This document shows, in pieces, positions 1-10,492 of a DNA stretch of 64,000 bases. How positions within the stretch are numbered: position 1 is the first letter of the stretch; every line of letters begins with the position of its first letter. The translations under genes were made by a program, and so were the position numbers. The notes beneath the pieces are model-generated. The model ran no database searches. It saw only the letters and a program-made list of their open reading frames with translations, and was not told where the DNA came from. This DNA comes from Minisyncoccota bacterium (GTDB taxonomy: Bacteria > Patescibacteriota > Microgenomatia > PFEM01 > JAFGMK01), in contig JAFGMK010000015.1 of the NCBI GenBank assembly GCA_016927565.1, positions 1,149 to 65,148 on the forward strand, in the 5' to 3' direction.

Positions 1-891
1 CTGGGTTTTTTTGCCTGGCAGTTTGCTTTCGGCGATTTTCTCCGACGGGTTTTTATCACCCGGAGGATTTCGTTGGGAATCTTTAATCATTTCTCCTTTT
101 ATCATGCCTTTTTTTGGCGGGAATATGGCCTGATTTCCTTCTTGGCTCTTTTGGGTCTGATCAGGGGTTTTTTGACCAAAGAGAAGAAACACTTTTTCCT
201 GGCAACTGTTTTGGGGGTATATTTAGGAATAGTTTTCTTTTTTTTGCCTTGGCTGGACATTAAATATCTGTTGGGGGTTTTTCCGGTTTTTTTCTTTGCT
301 TATTTGGCGTATTTTTTGGATGATTTGGCAGAAGGTTGGTTTGGAAAAAAAGGCCTTATTAAAGCCGTTTTTTTGTTTTTATCAATTGTTTTCATTATTT
401 TTAATGGTCATAAGTTTACCTTTAGGCCCCGGGTTTATTATTCGCCTAATGCCGACATGCGGCGGATTCCTTTGGTAGATTATAATTTGGTTTATGCCAA
501 GATAAGGTCTCAAGTTGGTAAGGGCGATCAGACCGTTGCAGTGGTGGATACCTGGGGGGACAGGATTGCCTGGTATTTGGGACGGGATTATCCGGCTGCT
601 TTTTGGTTACGAAAACAGAAGAACTATCAATTGAAAGGCGGAAAAAAAATTGATACGATTTACCACTACGGGGTAATTTTAAATGAAGCTGATTTGAAGT
701 CGGTTATTCAAGATTATCCGCAGGGATTTATCTTTATTGACGGCCATGAATTGCCCTTTTTGCCAATTGATGCGCTTGATTACCTTCGGGATAATTTAAA
801 GCCGGAGCTGGAGTTTACCCGCTTTTCCTTAGACCCTGATCCCTATGACACTTGGCCGGCTTGGCTTTATTCTTGGGGCGTGAAAGGGTAA
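1..891 (+). CDS. GT-C fold (ArnT/PMT-like) membrane glycosyltransferase, 5'-truncated by window edge
   Basis: Frame is open from base 1; several TM helices followed by a soluble C-terminal domain; first gene of the glycan locus. Confidence 0.6.
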   Translation: MGFFAWQFAFGDFLRRVFITRRISLGIFNHFSFYHAFFWREYGLISFLALLGLIRGFLTKEKKHFFLATVLGVYLGIVFFFLPWLDIKYLLGVFPVFFFAYLAYFLDDLAEGWFGKKGLIKAVFLFLSIVFIIFNGHKFTFRPRVYYSPNADMRRIPLVDYNLVYAKIRSQVGKGDQTVAVVDTWGDRIAWYLGRDYPAAFWLRKQKNYQLKGGKKIDTIYHYGVILNEADLKSVIQDYPQGFIFIDGHELPFLPIDALDYLRDNLKPELEFTRFSLDPDPYDTWPAWLYSWGVKG

Positions 892-902
892 AATCAAATC
901 CA

Positions 903-2120
903 GTGAAGCGAAAAATTGCTAAAGACACCCTGGTTTTACTGTTTTCCCGCTTTGGTTCCCGGCTTTTGATTTTCGGTTTTGGAATTTATGCGGCAAGGGT
1001 TTTGGGTTCAGTCAATTTTGGGAAAGTCGTTTTTGCTTCCGCTTTTATCTTAACTTTTACTCCTTTGGCTGATTTTGGGCTGGAAAACTTTCTTTTAAGA
1101 GAAGTTAGCCGCCGCCCGAATCAGAGAATGAAGATAATTAAAGATCTTTTTTACCCCCGAATTCTTTTGGCCGGCCTGGCGTATTTTTTAGCGCTGGCAT
1201 CAGCTGTTGTTTTGGGTTTCGAAAGTGAAGATTTAATTAATGTCAGTCTTTATGGCTTGATGTTGATCCCCTATTCTTTGAATTATTTTTTTCTGGCCTA
1301 TTTTAATGCCCAGGAAAAGTTTATTAAGTCGGCTTTGCTTAAGTTTTTTTACCCCCTGGCTCATGTTTTGCTGGGCCTGCTTTTTTTAATCTTGGGATTT
1401 TCCTATCGCTGGCTTTTTTTGGCCGTGGTTTTGGGAAACCTGTCTTCGGCTTTGGTTTTGCTTTTTTTCTATCCGCAAATAATTAAACAGTTTTCTTTTT
1501 CCGGCCGGCTGTTAAAAAAAGTCCTTTGTCAAACTTGGCCGTGGGCGGCTTTGATTTTTATTGCTGTTTTTTATCTGCGGCTGGATGTGATTATTTTAAA
1601 AAAAATTGCCGGTAGTCAGGCGACCGGACTTTACGGGCCGGTATCAAATCTGGTTCAGACCAGTCTTTTAATTCCTCAGTCATTCGCCTTGGCTCTTTTT
1701 CCCCTTAGTTCTCGATTGGTTAAGTTGAACAAATTCAAAATGAAAAGAGTTTATCTCCGCGGCTTGGGGATTTTATTTTTGGCTTCTTTACCCATTGTTG
1801 GTTTCGGGATTTGGCTTAGTCCTTTTTTAATCCCTTTGATTTTTGGCCAAGAATACCAGGTTTCAATCCCGGCTTTTCAAGTGGCTTTTTTAAGTCTGAT
1901 TTTGTTTTTTGTCAATGCTTTGCCCGGGAATGTAATTCTTAATTCCAAAAAAGTTAAAGGCTTTATTCCCTGGGCGATAGCAAATTTGATTGTTAATCTT
2001 GGTTTAAATTTAACTTTAATTCCTTGTTTGGGTTTTACCGGCGCAGCTTGGGCAAAGCTTTTTTCCGAATTTTTTGGTTTCTTAACTAATAATTTATATG
2101 TTTATCGGATTCTGGGTTAA
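903..2120 (+). CDS. wzx: Wzx-type polysaccharide flippase
   Basis: ARVLGSVNFG, DFGL...REVSR and RLDVIIL motifs; about 12 TM helices; GTG at 903 preferred over TTG at 852. Confidence 0.85.
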   Translation: MKRKIAKDTLVLLFSRFGSRLLIFGFGIYAARVLGSVNFGKVVFASAFILTFTPLADFGLENFLLREVSRRPNQRMKIIKDLFYPRILLAGLAYFLALASAVVLGFESEDLINVSLYGLMLIPYSLNYFFLAYFNAQEKFIKSALLKFFYPLAHVLLGLLFLILGFSYRWLFLAVVLGNLSSALVLLFFYPQIIKQFSFSGRLLKKVLCQTWPWAALIFIAVFYLRLDVIILKKIAGSQATGLYGPVSNLVQTSLLIPQSFALALFPLSSRLVKLNKFKMKRVYLRGLGILFLASLPIVGFGIWLSPFLIPLIFGQEYQVSIPAFQVAFLSLILFFVNALPGNVILNSKKVKGFIPWAIANLIVNLGLNLTLIPCLGFTGAAWAKLFSEFFGFLTNNLYVYRILG

Positions 2121-3085
2121 TGAAAAAAAAGATTCTGAGTTTGATAATTCTTTCTTACAACACTAAGAAAATATTGCAGGATTGCTTAGGAAGTCTCCGG
2201 AAGGCTTCTGTTCCGGGAGGCTATCTGTTGGAAATAATTGTAGTCGATAATGGCTCTGTTGATGGCAGTGCGGCATGGTTGCAGAATTGGGCTTCCCGCT
2301 CTCTGACGAACCGGTTTGTCAGAGAAAAGAAAAACTTGGGATTTGCTCTGGGGAATAATCATGGATTAAAGATTGCTTCGGGAGATTTTGTTATGCTTTT
2401 GAACTCAGACACGATTGTTCGGAAGGATGTGTTTGAAAAGCTGGTTTTTTATCTTGAAAAAAACCCTCGGATAGGAGCGGTTTCTCCTCTTTTGCTCCTT
2501 CCGGATGGTCAGCCCCAAAATGATTATTATTTCCGTTTTCCCAATCTTTGGCAGCTGGCTTTTTATCATCAGCCTCTTTTGAGGCCGCTGGTGATGAAAA
2601 CACCGCTGAAATGGCTGGTAGTTAGTCGAGGAAAGACGATGACGGATCGCCTGAAACCTCCGGTTCAAGATCGAATTACTCAACTTGCTTTTGAAGTTGA
2701 TCAACTTCCCGGCGCCGCTCTTTTAGTTCGTCGGAAAGTTTGGAACAAGGTGGGGGGATTGGATTCAGACTATCACTTCTTATTTGAGGATGTTGACTGG
2801 TGTTGGCGAGCCAGAATTAGAGGTTTTAAGCTCGCGGTTGTTCCTGAAGCAAAAATTACTCACTTAGGAGGGGCAAGCTGGAAAAAAAAGCTTCAAAAAA
2901 ATAAAAACCAATTTTATTACCAATATTTTGCCTCAATGCTATTGTTTGTTAACAAGCATTATTCTTTTTTTGCTTCTTGGGTTTTTTTTCTTTCAATTCT
3001 GGTTAATTTTTTAACCACTTTTAAATGGATTTTGGCCTGGGATTTTTTAAAAAACCAAGGTAAACAAAAGAAACTTTGGGTTTAG
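2120..3085 (+). CDS. Glycosyltransferase family 2 (WbbL/rhamnosyltransferase-like)
   Basis: IIVVDNGSVDGS, NLGFALGNN, LLNSD, FEDVDWC. Confidence 0.9.
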   Translation: MKKKILSLIILSYNTKKILQDCLGSLRKASVPGGYLLEIIVVDNGSVDGSAAWLQNWASRSLTNRFVREKKNLGFALGNNHGLKIASGDFVMLLNSDTIVRKDVFEKLVFYLEKNPRIGAVSPLLLLPDGQPQNDYYFRFPNLWQLAFYHQPLLRPLVMKTPLKWLVVSRGKTMTDRLKPPVQDRITQLAFEVDQLPGAALLVRRKVWNKVGGLDSDYHFLFEDVDWCWRARIRGFKLAVVPEAKITHLGGASWKKKLQKNKNQFYYQYFASMLLFVNKHYSFFASWVFFLSILVNFLTTFKWILAWDFLKNQGKQKKLWV

Positions 3086-3089
3086 AAAG

Positions 3090-4694
3090 ATGCTGTTTTT
3101 AATTTTGACACTAGCCTTAGGATTGCGTCTGATTAATTTGAATCAATCCTTATGGCTGGACGAAGCGGTTCAGGCGATTACCAGCCAGGAAAATTTTCCG
3201 GCTCTTTGGGCCGAGCTTCAGGGCGACTTTCATCCGCCCTGTTATCATCTTTTAATGTGGGTTTGGGTCAGGTTTTTCAAAGCCTCGGAAATTTCTTTAA
3301 GACTGCCCTCAGTTTTGTTTGGAGTGGGAACGGTGGGAGTGATTTGGAGAATAGGAAGGCAGTTCCTATTAACTGGTTCTACAGGCGCTTCAGAGAAAAC
3401 AATCCTGGATCGAACCGGCGCTTTAGAAAATAACGCTTTCGGGTTGTTGTTTCCAGGCTTAGCTGCGTTTTTTCTGGCAATTAATCCTTTTCATGTCTAC
3501 TATTCCCAAGAAACGCGGATGTATTCAATGGCTGCTTTTTTTACTGCTTTGTCAATGTTTTTTTTTCTTAAGGCAATTGGCAGTAGGGGAAAAATCAGAA
3601 AAACAAAATCGACTTCGTTTTTGAGTTGCTCTTGGGGGGGATATTTTTTAGCAACCTTGGTATTGGTTTATACCGACTATTACGGTTGGTTAATCCTGTT
3701 AGCTCAAAATCTGATCTTTGTCTTTTTCAAAAGGCGCCATCAGCAGTCTGATGAATCGGTTTGCCGGACCGGGTTAACCTTGAGGAAATGGGTCGGAGTT
3801 CAAGCCCTGATCGGTTTTTTTTATTTGCCGTGGTTGGGAATGTTCTTGACTCAACTAAAAACCGGTCAAATGGCTATGACCAGCCTGCCCGAGTGGGGGC
3901 AATTAGTCAATTTAATTTTTTTAAAGGCCCTGCCTCTAACTATGCTTAAGTTTATCATTGGCCGGATAACGATCTTTAACAAAAAAATTTATTTCCTGGT
4001 AGCTGGCAGTCTGTTGGTGTTTTATGGTAGTTTGATTGGTCCCGGCCTTTGGAAAGAGAAAAAAAATCGATTTATGATTAATTGTTTGCGATCAACTGTT
4101 CTTGTCTGGCTCTTTTTGCCGTTGCTGGCGGCTTGGTTGATCTCTTTGCGGGTACCTAATTACCAGCCTTTTCGATTGCTTTTAGTTCTGCCTGCTTTTT
4201 GTCTCCTTCTTGCCTGGAAAATCACTCAAACTAAGAGTTCAATGATTCGAATCATTGAACTCTTAATGGTAGTAGGAGTCAGTCTGGTTTCACTGCGAAC
4301 TTATTACTCTAATCCTTATTTTCACCGCGAGGATTGGCGGGGTTTGGTCCATTTTCTTGATCATGATTGGCAGACAAATGCCATCTTGCCCTCCGCTACC
4401 AGCAGCTGGCCAATCAAGTATTACACCAGGCGGTTCTGTCTCTGGGATCGATCCTTGGTTTGGTATCACGGAATTAGCCAGGGGATCAGACCGGTCCGGA
4501 ATGAAGACCGCTTTGTTCTTCAGACCCACCTTCAAGGAAAAGAAAAAATTTACTTTATCCGTTACCTTGTTCCTCTTTTTGATCCCGAGGAAAAAATTAA
4601 TGCCTGGTTGGAGGAAGAAGGATTTGTTAAAATTAAAGAAATCAGCTTCAACCAAATCCCTCTTTGGGTATTTGAGAAGCAGGAAAGCTCATGA
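3090..4694 (+). CDS. GT-C (PMT/ArnT-like) membrane glycosyltransferase
   Basis: QSLWLDEA, DFHPP.YH, LRLPSVLFG, YYSQETRMY; polytopic. Confidence 0.85.
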   Translation: MLFLILTLALGLRLINLNQSLWLDEAVQAITSQENFPALWAELQGDFHPPCYHLLMWVWVRFFKASEISLRLPSVLFGVGTVGVIWRIGRQFLLTGSTGASEKTILDRTGALENNAFGLLFPGLAAFFLAINPFHVYYSQETRMYSMAAFFTALSMFFFLKAIGSRGKIRKTKSTSFLSCSWGGYFLATLVLVYTDYYGWLILLAQNLIFVFFKRRHQQSDESVCRTGLTLRKWVGVQALIGFFYLPWLGMFLTQLKTGQMAMTSLPEWGQLVNLIFLKALPLTMLKFIIGRITIFNKKIYFLVAGSLLVFYGSLIGPGLWKEKKNRFMINCLRSTVLVWLFLPLLAAWLISLRVPNYQPFRLLLVLPAFCLLLAWKITQTKSSMIRIIELLMVVGVSLVSLRTYYSNPYFHREDWRGLVHFLDHDWQTNAILPSATSSWPIKYYTRRFCLWDRSLVWYHGISQGIRPVRNEDRFVLQTHLQGKEKIYFIRYLVPLFDPEEKINAWLEEEGFVKIKEISFNQIPLWVFEKQESS

Positions 4695-5818
4695 AGATTG
4701 GCATTGACATTTCTCAAATTGTTCATGGCACCGGCGTTTCTTTTTACACCCGGAACCTGGTGCGGGCTTTGGCTGAGATCGATAAGGAGAACGACTATCT
4801 CTTAATTGGCACTTCTCGGGGAAGATATCAATTCTTAGCTGATTTTGGGACCGAAATTAATAAAATTAACCCTCTTTTTTTAAACCGTTTTTTCCGCTGG
4901 CCGGTCAGCCTGGCTGAGATTTGGGCTAATCGGTGGCGGTTTGGCAGCTTGGAAAAGTTGGTTGGCCCGATGGATATCTTTCATTCTTCAGACTGGCTCC
5001 AGCCGCCGTGCCAAGCTGTTAAGGTGACCACAATTCACGACTTTGGCTTTTGGCGCTATCCCCAAACTGCCCATCGGAAGATCAGATCCGTGATGAAGCG
5101 GCGGTTGCTTTTGGTCAAAAAAGAGGTTGATAAAATAATCTGCGTTTCCCGGGCAACCGCTAAAGATGCGGTGCAATTGCTTAAGGTTCCTCCGGAAAAA
5201 ATTGAAGTCATTTTTGAAGCTCCGGGGTTGAAGTTTCGAAAAGTACCGATCTCGAAGGTGGCAAAGATTAAGGATAAATATGAGATTAAAGGTGACTACT
5301 TTTTGGCTGTTGCTACCATTGAGCCCCGGAAAAACTTTGGTGGAATTCTGGAAGCGGTGGCCCCGATTTTAAAAAAAAAGCCTAATTTGTCGCTGGTGGT
5401 AGTTGGCCGGCTGGGTTGGGACAAATTAATGGGGCGGATAATGAGTCAGACCGATCGGGTGAATTTGGTTGGCTATATCCCAACCAGTGATCTGGTTGCC
5501 TTGTATAATGGATCTTTAGGCTTAATTTATCCTTCTTTATACGAAGGTTTTGGCCTGCCTGTTCTTGAAGCCTTTGCCTGCGGTTGCCCGGTGGTGACCT
5601 CCAACATTTCCAGCCTGCCGGAAATTGCCGGCCGTTCAGCAGTTCTGGTCAATCCTTTGAAGGCTGAAGAAATTGGCGCAGGGATTAAGCAAGTCCTGGC
5701 TAAAAGAGAAGAGCTCATTCGCCGGGGTTTTGAAAGGGTTAAAAAATTCTCTTGGAAAAAAACAGCAGAACAAACACTTGCTCTTTATGAAAAAACTTAC
5801 CGAGCTTTTAAAAACTGA
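4691..5818 (+). CDS. Glycosyltransferase family 4
   Basis: MKIGID start, EPRKN, YPSLYEGFGLPVLEAFACG. Confidence 0.92.
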   Translation: MKIGIDISQIVHGTGVSFYTRNLVRALAEIDKENDYLLIGTSRGRYQFLADFGTEINKINPLFLNRFFRWPVSLAEIWANRWRFGSLEKLVGPMDIFHSSDWLQPPCQAVKVTTIHDFGFWRYPQTAHRKIRSVMKRRLLLVKKEVDKIICVSRATAKDAVQLLKVPPEKIEVIFEAPGLKFRKVPISKVAKIKDKYEIKGDYFLAVATIEPRKNFGGILEAVAPILKKKPNLSLVVVGRLGWDKLMGRIMSQTDRVNLVGYIPTSDLVALYNGSLGLIYPSLYEGFGLPVLEAFACGCPVVTSNISSLPEIAGRSAVLVNPLKAEEIGAGIKQVLAKREELIRRGFERVKKFSWKKTAEQTLALYEKTYRAFKN

Positions 5819-7286
5819 AACAGTTTGGCTGATCTTGTTATTTGGCCTGGCGGCCACTGTCCGGTTCCGCGGTTTGAACCAATTGGCTTTCTTTACCTAT
5901 GACCAGGCGCGGGATGCTTTTTATATTAAAAGAATTCTTGACGGCGAGTTCAGATTAATCGGCACTCAAAGTTCTATTCCCGGACTTTACACCGGCCCTC
6001 TTTATTATTACCTGATGGCGCCCTTTTTGTTTCTTTTCCGCTTAAACCCTGTTGGTTTGGACTATGCCACTGCTTTCATTTCTCTGTTGACTTTGTTTTT
6101 ACTGTTCGGGCTTTTAAAAAAAACTACGAAGAGTTCCTTTCTGGCGATAATTTTTACCGCTCTCTATGCTTTTTCGCCCCAAATTGTCAATCAAAGCCGT
6201 TTTGCCTGGAATCCGAATCCCTTGCCTTTCTTAACCCTCTTGTTTTTATTTTCCCTTAAAAAGATTATCTTTCAGGGTGAAAAGATTTTTTTGCTAATTT
6301 TGGCCTTGACTATCGGCGCCGCCATTAATCTCCATTATTCGGGTTTGGCGCTAATTTTTATTCTCCTGCCGATTGGCTTTTTTTTTGCCAAATCTTTAAA
6401 AGAGACGTTTGATTTAAAAATGGTTGTTATTTTTCTAGTTTTCCTGGGATTATTTTTCCTGCCTCTTTTTCTTTTTGACTGCCGGCACGGTTTTATCAAT
6501 GCCCGAAGTTTAATTTCTTATCTCCGGCAAGGGCCGGCCCCCGAAATTTCCCCGCCGCCGTTTTGGACCGGACTATGGGATAAGTTTGTTTTTCTTTTTG
6601 GGCTGGCAGTGCCTCTGACTGGTTTTTGGCTAAAATTTTTAACCGGAGTCAGTCTGTTTTCGGGTTTGGGGTTTTTTGTAAAGAGCTTAAAGGAAAAAAC
6701 CTTTTTTTCTCTGGTTTTTTTAAGCCTTTTTTCCGGCGTTCTGTTTGCCTGCTTTTATCAGGGTAGTTTTTTTAATTTTTACCTGACATTTTTGTATCCG
6801 CTTCCCTTTTTGTGGCTTGCCTCTTTTTTTGGTCAAAAACCTGAGAGAAACAGGAGCTGGTTTTTTTTGGGTCTAGTGGTGGTTATAATTCTGGGAAGAA
6901 ATTTTAAAAGCCTTTCCCGCCCGTTTCGCCCGGCCCGAACTATTAAAGATCTGGAGAGAGTAGCTTTATTTTTAAGTCAGAAGATAAACCCTGGAGAAAA
7001 CTTTAACCTGGCTGCTCTTTATCGGGGGCAGAACCGTTTTGATCATAATGCGGTTGATTACCGCTATTTTTTGGAAGCAAGATATAAAATCAAAGTTCCG
7101 GGATGGGATGTTTTGGATTACCGGAATGCTCAAATTTGTTACTTAATCAGTGAAGTCGGTCAGGTTGAGATTGGGGCAGTTAAATTTTGGGAAACTCAAT
7201 TAATGGGAGCTCTCAAAGAGGAAAACCATTGGGATTTGGGGGAAGATTATTTGGTTTACCGGTTGGTTAAAGACAAAATGGAGTAA
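5787..7286 (+). CDS. GT-C (ArnT-like) membrane glycosyltransferase
   Basis: FTYDQARD, GPLYYYL, SRFAWNPN; ATG at 5787 preferred. Confidence 0.82.
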   Translation: MKKLTELLKTETVWLILLFGLAATVRFRGLNQLAFFTYDQARDAFYIKRILDGEFRLIGTQSSIPGLYTGPLYYYLMAPFLFLFRLNPVGLDYATAFISLLTLFLLFGLLKKTTKSSFLAIIFTALYAFSPQIVNQSRFAWNPNPLPFLTLLFLFSLKKIIFQGEKIFLLILALTIGAAINLHYSGLALIFILLPIGFFFAKSLKETFDLKMVVIFLVFLGLFFLPLFLFDCRHGFINARSLISYLRQGPAPEISPPPFWTGLWDKFVFLFGLAVPLTGFWLKFLTGVSLFSGLGFFVKSLKEKTFFSLVFLSLFSGVLFACFYQGSFFNFYLTFLYPLPFLWLASFFGQKPERNRSWFFLGLVVVIILGRNFKSLSRPFRPARTIKDLERVALFLSQKINPGENFNLAALYRGQNRFDHNAVDYRYFLEARYKIKVPGWDVLDYRNAQICYLISEVGQVEIGAVKFWETQLMGALKEENHWDLGEDYLVYRLVKDKME

Positions 7287-7295
7287 AATAAAACA

Positions 7296-8405
7296 ATGTT
7301 GATCGGGATTGACGGGAACGAAGCCAATGTCAGAAGCCGGGTAGGAAGTAATCAGTATTCTTTTGAAATTCTCTGGGGCTTGTATTTGTTAAGCCGAAAA
7401 CGAGATTTTGATTTTTTGATTTATTTAAAAGAAGCTCCGTTGGCTGATTTGCCGCCGGAAAAAAGCCGCTGGCAATACCGGAGAATTGGTCCCAGCAGGT
7501 TTTGGACTCGTTTCGCTTTGCCGCTGGAACTAACTTTCCGGCGGCCCCGGCCGGCGGTCTTTTTTTCTCCCGGCCATTACAGCCCCTGGTTTTTACCGAT
7601 GCCTCTGGTTGTTTCTATCATGGATTTGGGATATCTTCGTTTTCCAAAGCAATTCCGGCGGCGCGACCTTTATCAGCTGACCAGCTGGACTGAGTCTTCG
7701 ATCAGGAAGGCCAGGCGGGTGCTGGCTATCTCCCGGTTCACTCGGAATGATATAATTAAAACCTACCGGCTTGAGCCTGAAAAGGTAGTAGTGACACCTC
7801 TTGGGTATAAAAAAATACGGATAAAAAATTATAAACTGCAAATCGAAAGAATCAGGAGAAAATATCGGATTAGAGGTGATTATATTTTGTTTCTGGGAAC
7901 TTTAAAACCGAGTAAGAACATCGAGGGCTTAATTGAAGCTTTTGCCAGACTGGATTTGGCCGGAAACAATCTAAAACTGGTGATTGCCGGTAAAAAAGGC
8001 TGGTTTTTTAAAGATATTTATGAAAGGGTAAAAACTTTGAGTCTTGAAAAAAGGGTTATTTTTACTGATTTTGTTCCGGAAAAAGAAGCGCCGATTTTAT
8101 TAGCTGGGGCTTTGGTTTTCGTTTTGCCTTCTTTTTGGGAAGGATTTGGTTTGCCGGCCCTTCAATCAATGTCCTTGGGAACGCCGGTGGTGGTTTCCCG
8201 GGTAGCGAGTTTGCCTGAAGTAGTTGGACCGGCGGGGATTTTGGTAAACCCTCAAAAGCCTGATGATATTGCCCGGGGAATTAAGAAAGCTTTTAAGGAA
8301 AGAAAAAAAAGAAGCCGGCTGGGCTTGCTCCAGGCGAAAAATTTTTCTTGGGAAAAGTGCGCTCGGAGAACTTTAGCAGTCCTGGAGACTGTCGGTCAGG
8401 AATAA
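7296..8405 (+). CDS. Glycosyltransferase family 4
   Basis: IGIDGNEAN, KPSKN, PSFWEGFGLP. Confidence 0.92.
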   Translation: MLIGIDGNEANVRSRVGSNQYSFEILWGLYLLSRKRDFDFLIYLKEAPLADLPPEKSRWQYRRIGPSRFWTRFALPLELTFRRPRPAVFFSPGHYSPWFLPMPLVVSIMDLGYLRFPKQFRRRDLYQLTSWTESSIRKARRVLAISRFTRNDIIKTYRLEPEKVVVTPLGYKKIRIKNYKLQIERIRRKYRIRGDYILFLGTLKPSKNIEGLIEAFARLDLAGNNLKLVIAGKKGWFFKDIYERVKTLSLEKRVIFTDFVPEKEAPILLAGALVFVLPSFWEGFGLPALQSMSLGTPVVVSRVASLPEVVGPAGILVNPQKPDDIARGIKKAFKERKKRSRLGLLQAKNFSWEKCARRTLAVLETVGQE

Positions 8406-8409
8406 GAAA

Positions 8410-9048
8410 ATGTTTTTTTCTGAAAATGTCCATTTTACTCAAAAAGGTTTGGTTTTTACCGATAAGGACGGCTGTGAACTAAGCTCAAATCAGGCTTTTA
8501 AAAAAATGACTAACCGGTTTTACAACTGGTGGCTTGATTTTAAACTGTTGATAGTAGACTTGAGCGGGTATTGCCCTTTCTGGTTCTGGCGAAAACTGAT
8601 TTACCAATTGGCGGGATTGAAAATCGGCCGTCAAAGCAAGATCCATTTCGGGGCTCGTTTTTTTGAACCCGGAAAAATCAGTATTGGCCGGGATACACTG
8701 GTCGGCGAGTTTGCTTTTTTGGACGGCCGGGCTCCGTTAACGATTGGCCATCATGTTGATATTGCTTCTCAGGTTTTAATTTATAATTCCGAGCACGATA
8801 TTCACTCGGAGAAAATGTCAGCCATTGAAGCGCCGGTTGAGATTGGTGATTATGTTTTTATCGGTCCCAGAGCAATTATTTTGCCGGGAGTTAAAATCGG
8901 CAGGGGAGCGGTAGTAGCGGCCGGTGCAGTGGTGACCAAAGATGTTTCCCCGAGAAAGATTGTTGCCGGGATTCCGGCTAAAGAAATTGGCAATCGGAAA
9001 ATTAAAAAGTTCACTTATCGGCTTGGCCGATCTCGGCTCTTTTCATGA
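8410..9048 (+). CDS. Hexapeptide-repeat (LbH) sugar O-acyltransferase
   Basis: IGDYVFIGPRAIILPGVKIGRGAVVAAGAVVTKDV...GIPAK. Confidence 0.9.
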   Translation: MFFSENVHFTQKGLVFTDKDGCELSSNQAFKKMTNRFYNWWLDFKLLIVDLSGYCPFWFWRKLIYQLAGLKIGRQSKIHFGARFFEPGKISIGRDTLVGEFAFLDGRAPLTIGHHVDIASQVLIYNSEHDIHSEKMSAIEAPVEIGDYVFIGPRAIILPGVKIGRGAVVAAGAVVTKDVSPRKIVAGIPAKEIGNRKIKKFTYRLGRSRLFS

Positions 9049-9641
9049 AGAAAATTACCCGGTTTATTTCTGGTTTTTTTTACCTCATTGGCCTGGTTTA
9101 TCTTTGTCTGCCTTTGGGAGAGATGCCGGCGTTGCCGGATTCCTTAAAATCAAAAGAGCCCGGGGATACAGTCGAAATTCCCGGAGTTTCGGCCTACTAT
9201 ACCAATTTATCCCGTTACGAAGTCTTGGAATTTTATCGGCAGAATTTTTCTCGTTCCCGATTGGGAAATCTGCCCTTGCCCGTGGTGGTTTTAAATCATC
9301 CGCCGGAATACACCCGGGAAGCGATCAGGGACACTGTTGATTCTACTTTTCTTTACGAACTGGTTCACCCGGGCCGGGATTCTTTATTTATCAATGGTTG
9401 GGATCCGGCCGAGGACCCTAAATTTAAAAAAAATAAAAATCTTTCCCAAGTTTTAAAAGAAGATAATCGTTTTTGGGAGCGAAAAGTGACTTTGCGTTTG
9501 TTTTCTTCCGGAACGATTTTACGGCTGATAATCTTTTCCGTTGCTTATTGGCTTATAATTGGCCTGTCAAAAGAGGCATTAAAAATGATTTTTTTAATTT
9601 TTAAATACTTATGGCTGAAAAAAGAATCGATCTTTCGATAA
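9045..9641 (+). CDS. Hypothetical membrane protein
   Basis: N- and C-terminal TM helices; ATGA-coupled to the acyltransferase. Confidence 0.7.
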   Translation: MKKITRFISGFFYLIGLVYLCLPLGEMPALPDSLKSKEPGDTVEIPGVSAYYTNLSRYEVLEFYRQNFSRSRLGNLPLPVVVLNHPPEYTREAIRDTVDSTFLYELVHPGRDSLFINGWDPAEDPKFKKNKNLSQVLKEDNRFWERKVTLRLFSSGTILRLIIFSVAYWLIIGLSKEALKMIFLIFKYLWLKKESIFR

Positions 9642-10492
9642 TTATTATCAGTTTTAATACCCGGCAGCTTTTAAAGAGTTGTCTAATCAGTCTTTTCCAA
9701 ATTACTGACAAGCTCTTTTTTGAAGTAATTGTAGTTGATAATAATTCTCAGGATGGTTCGGTCGAACTGGTTAAAAAAGAATTTCCTCAAGTCAAATTGA
9801 TAGCTAACAAAGATAATTTAGGTTTCGGCCGGGCAAATAACCAGGGCCTGAAAGAAGCTCGGGGTAAAATGATCTTGTTTTTAAATTCGGATACGATTGT
9901 TCATTCTCGGGCGCTGGAAGAGCTGACGCATTTTTTAAAATTTAATCCCAAAGTGGGAGTGGTGGGCCCCAAGCTTTTAAACCGGGACGGAACCGATCAG
10001 GCTTCAGCGGGAAGTTTTCCCTATTTGGGGATTTGCGCTATTATGCTTTTCGCCGAACATTTCTGGCCTAACCGGCTGGTTCGGGGATCGGGCGCGCAGA
10101 TACGACTGGTTGATTGGGTGATGGGAGCGGCAATGGTTTTCAGAAAAGAAGTTTTAGATCAGGTCGGGGGCTTTGATGAAAATATTTTCATGTATCTCGA
10201 GGAGGTTGAATTATGTTACCGGGTGAAAAAAGCTGGTTGGCAAATCGCCTTTTTTCCCGAAGCGGTAATCACTCATTTCGGTCAAGGGAGTTCCCAAAGC
10301 GGCCGGAAAGGGCCAATTTTGGGTATTTATAAGGGGTTGGCTTATTTTTACCGGAAACACCGGCCCGGCTGGGAAGGGCGATTCCTTAAATTGATGCTGA
10401 AAATTAAAGCCGGCTCAGCTTATTTGCTTGGCAGTTTAACTAAGAATGATTATTTAAAGGAGACTTATGGTCAGGCATTCCGGCTGGTTTGA
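9611..10492 (+). CDS. Glycosyltransferase family 2
   Basis: VVDNNSQDGS, FLNSD, MYLEEVELC. Confidence 0.9.
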   Translation: MAEKRIDLSIIIISFNTRQLLKSCLISLFQITDKLFFEVIVVDNNSQDGSVELVKKEFPQVKLIANKDNLGFGRANNQGLKEARGKMILFLNSDTIVHSRALEELTHFLKFNPKVGVVGPKLLNRDGTDQASAGSFPYLGICAIMLFAEHFWPNRLVRGSGAQIRLVDWVMGAAMVFRKEVLDQVGGFDENIFMYLEEVELCYRVKKAGWQIAFFPEAVITHFGQGSSQSGRKGPILGIYKGLAYFYRKHRPGWEGRFLKLMLKIKAGSAYLLGSLTKNDYLKETYGQAFRLV

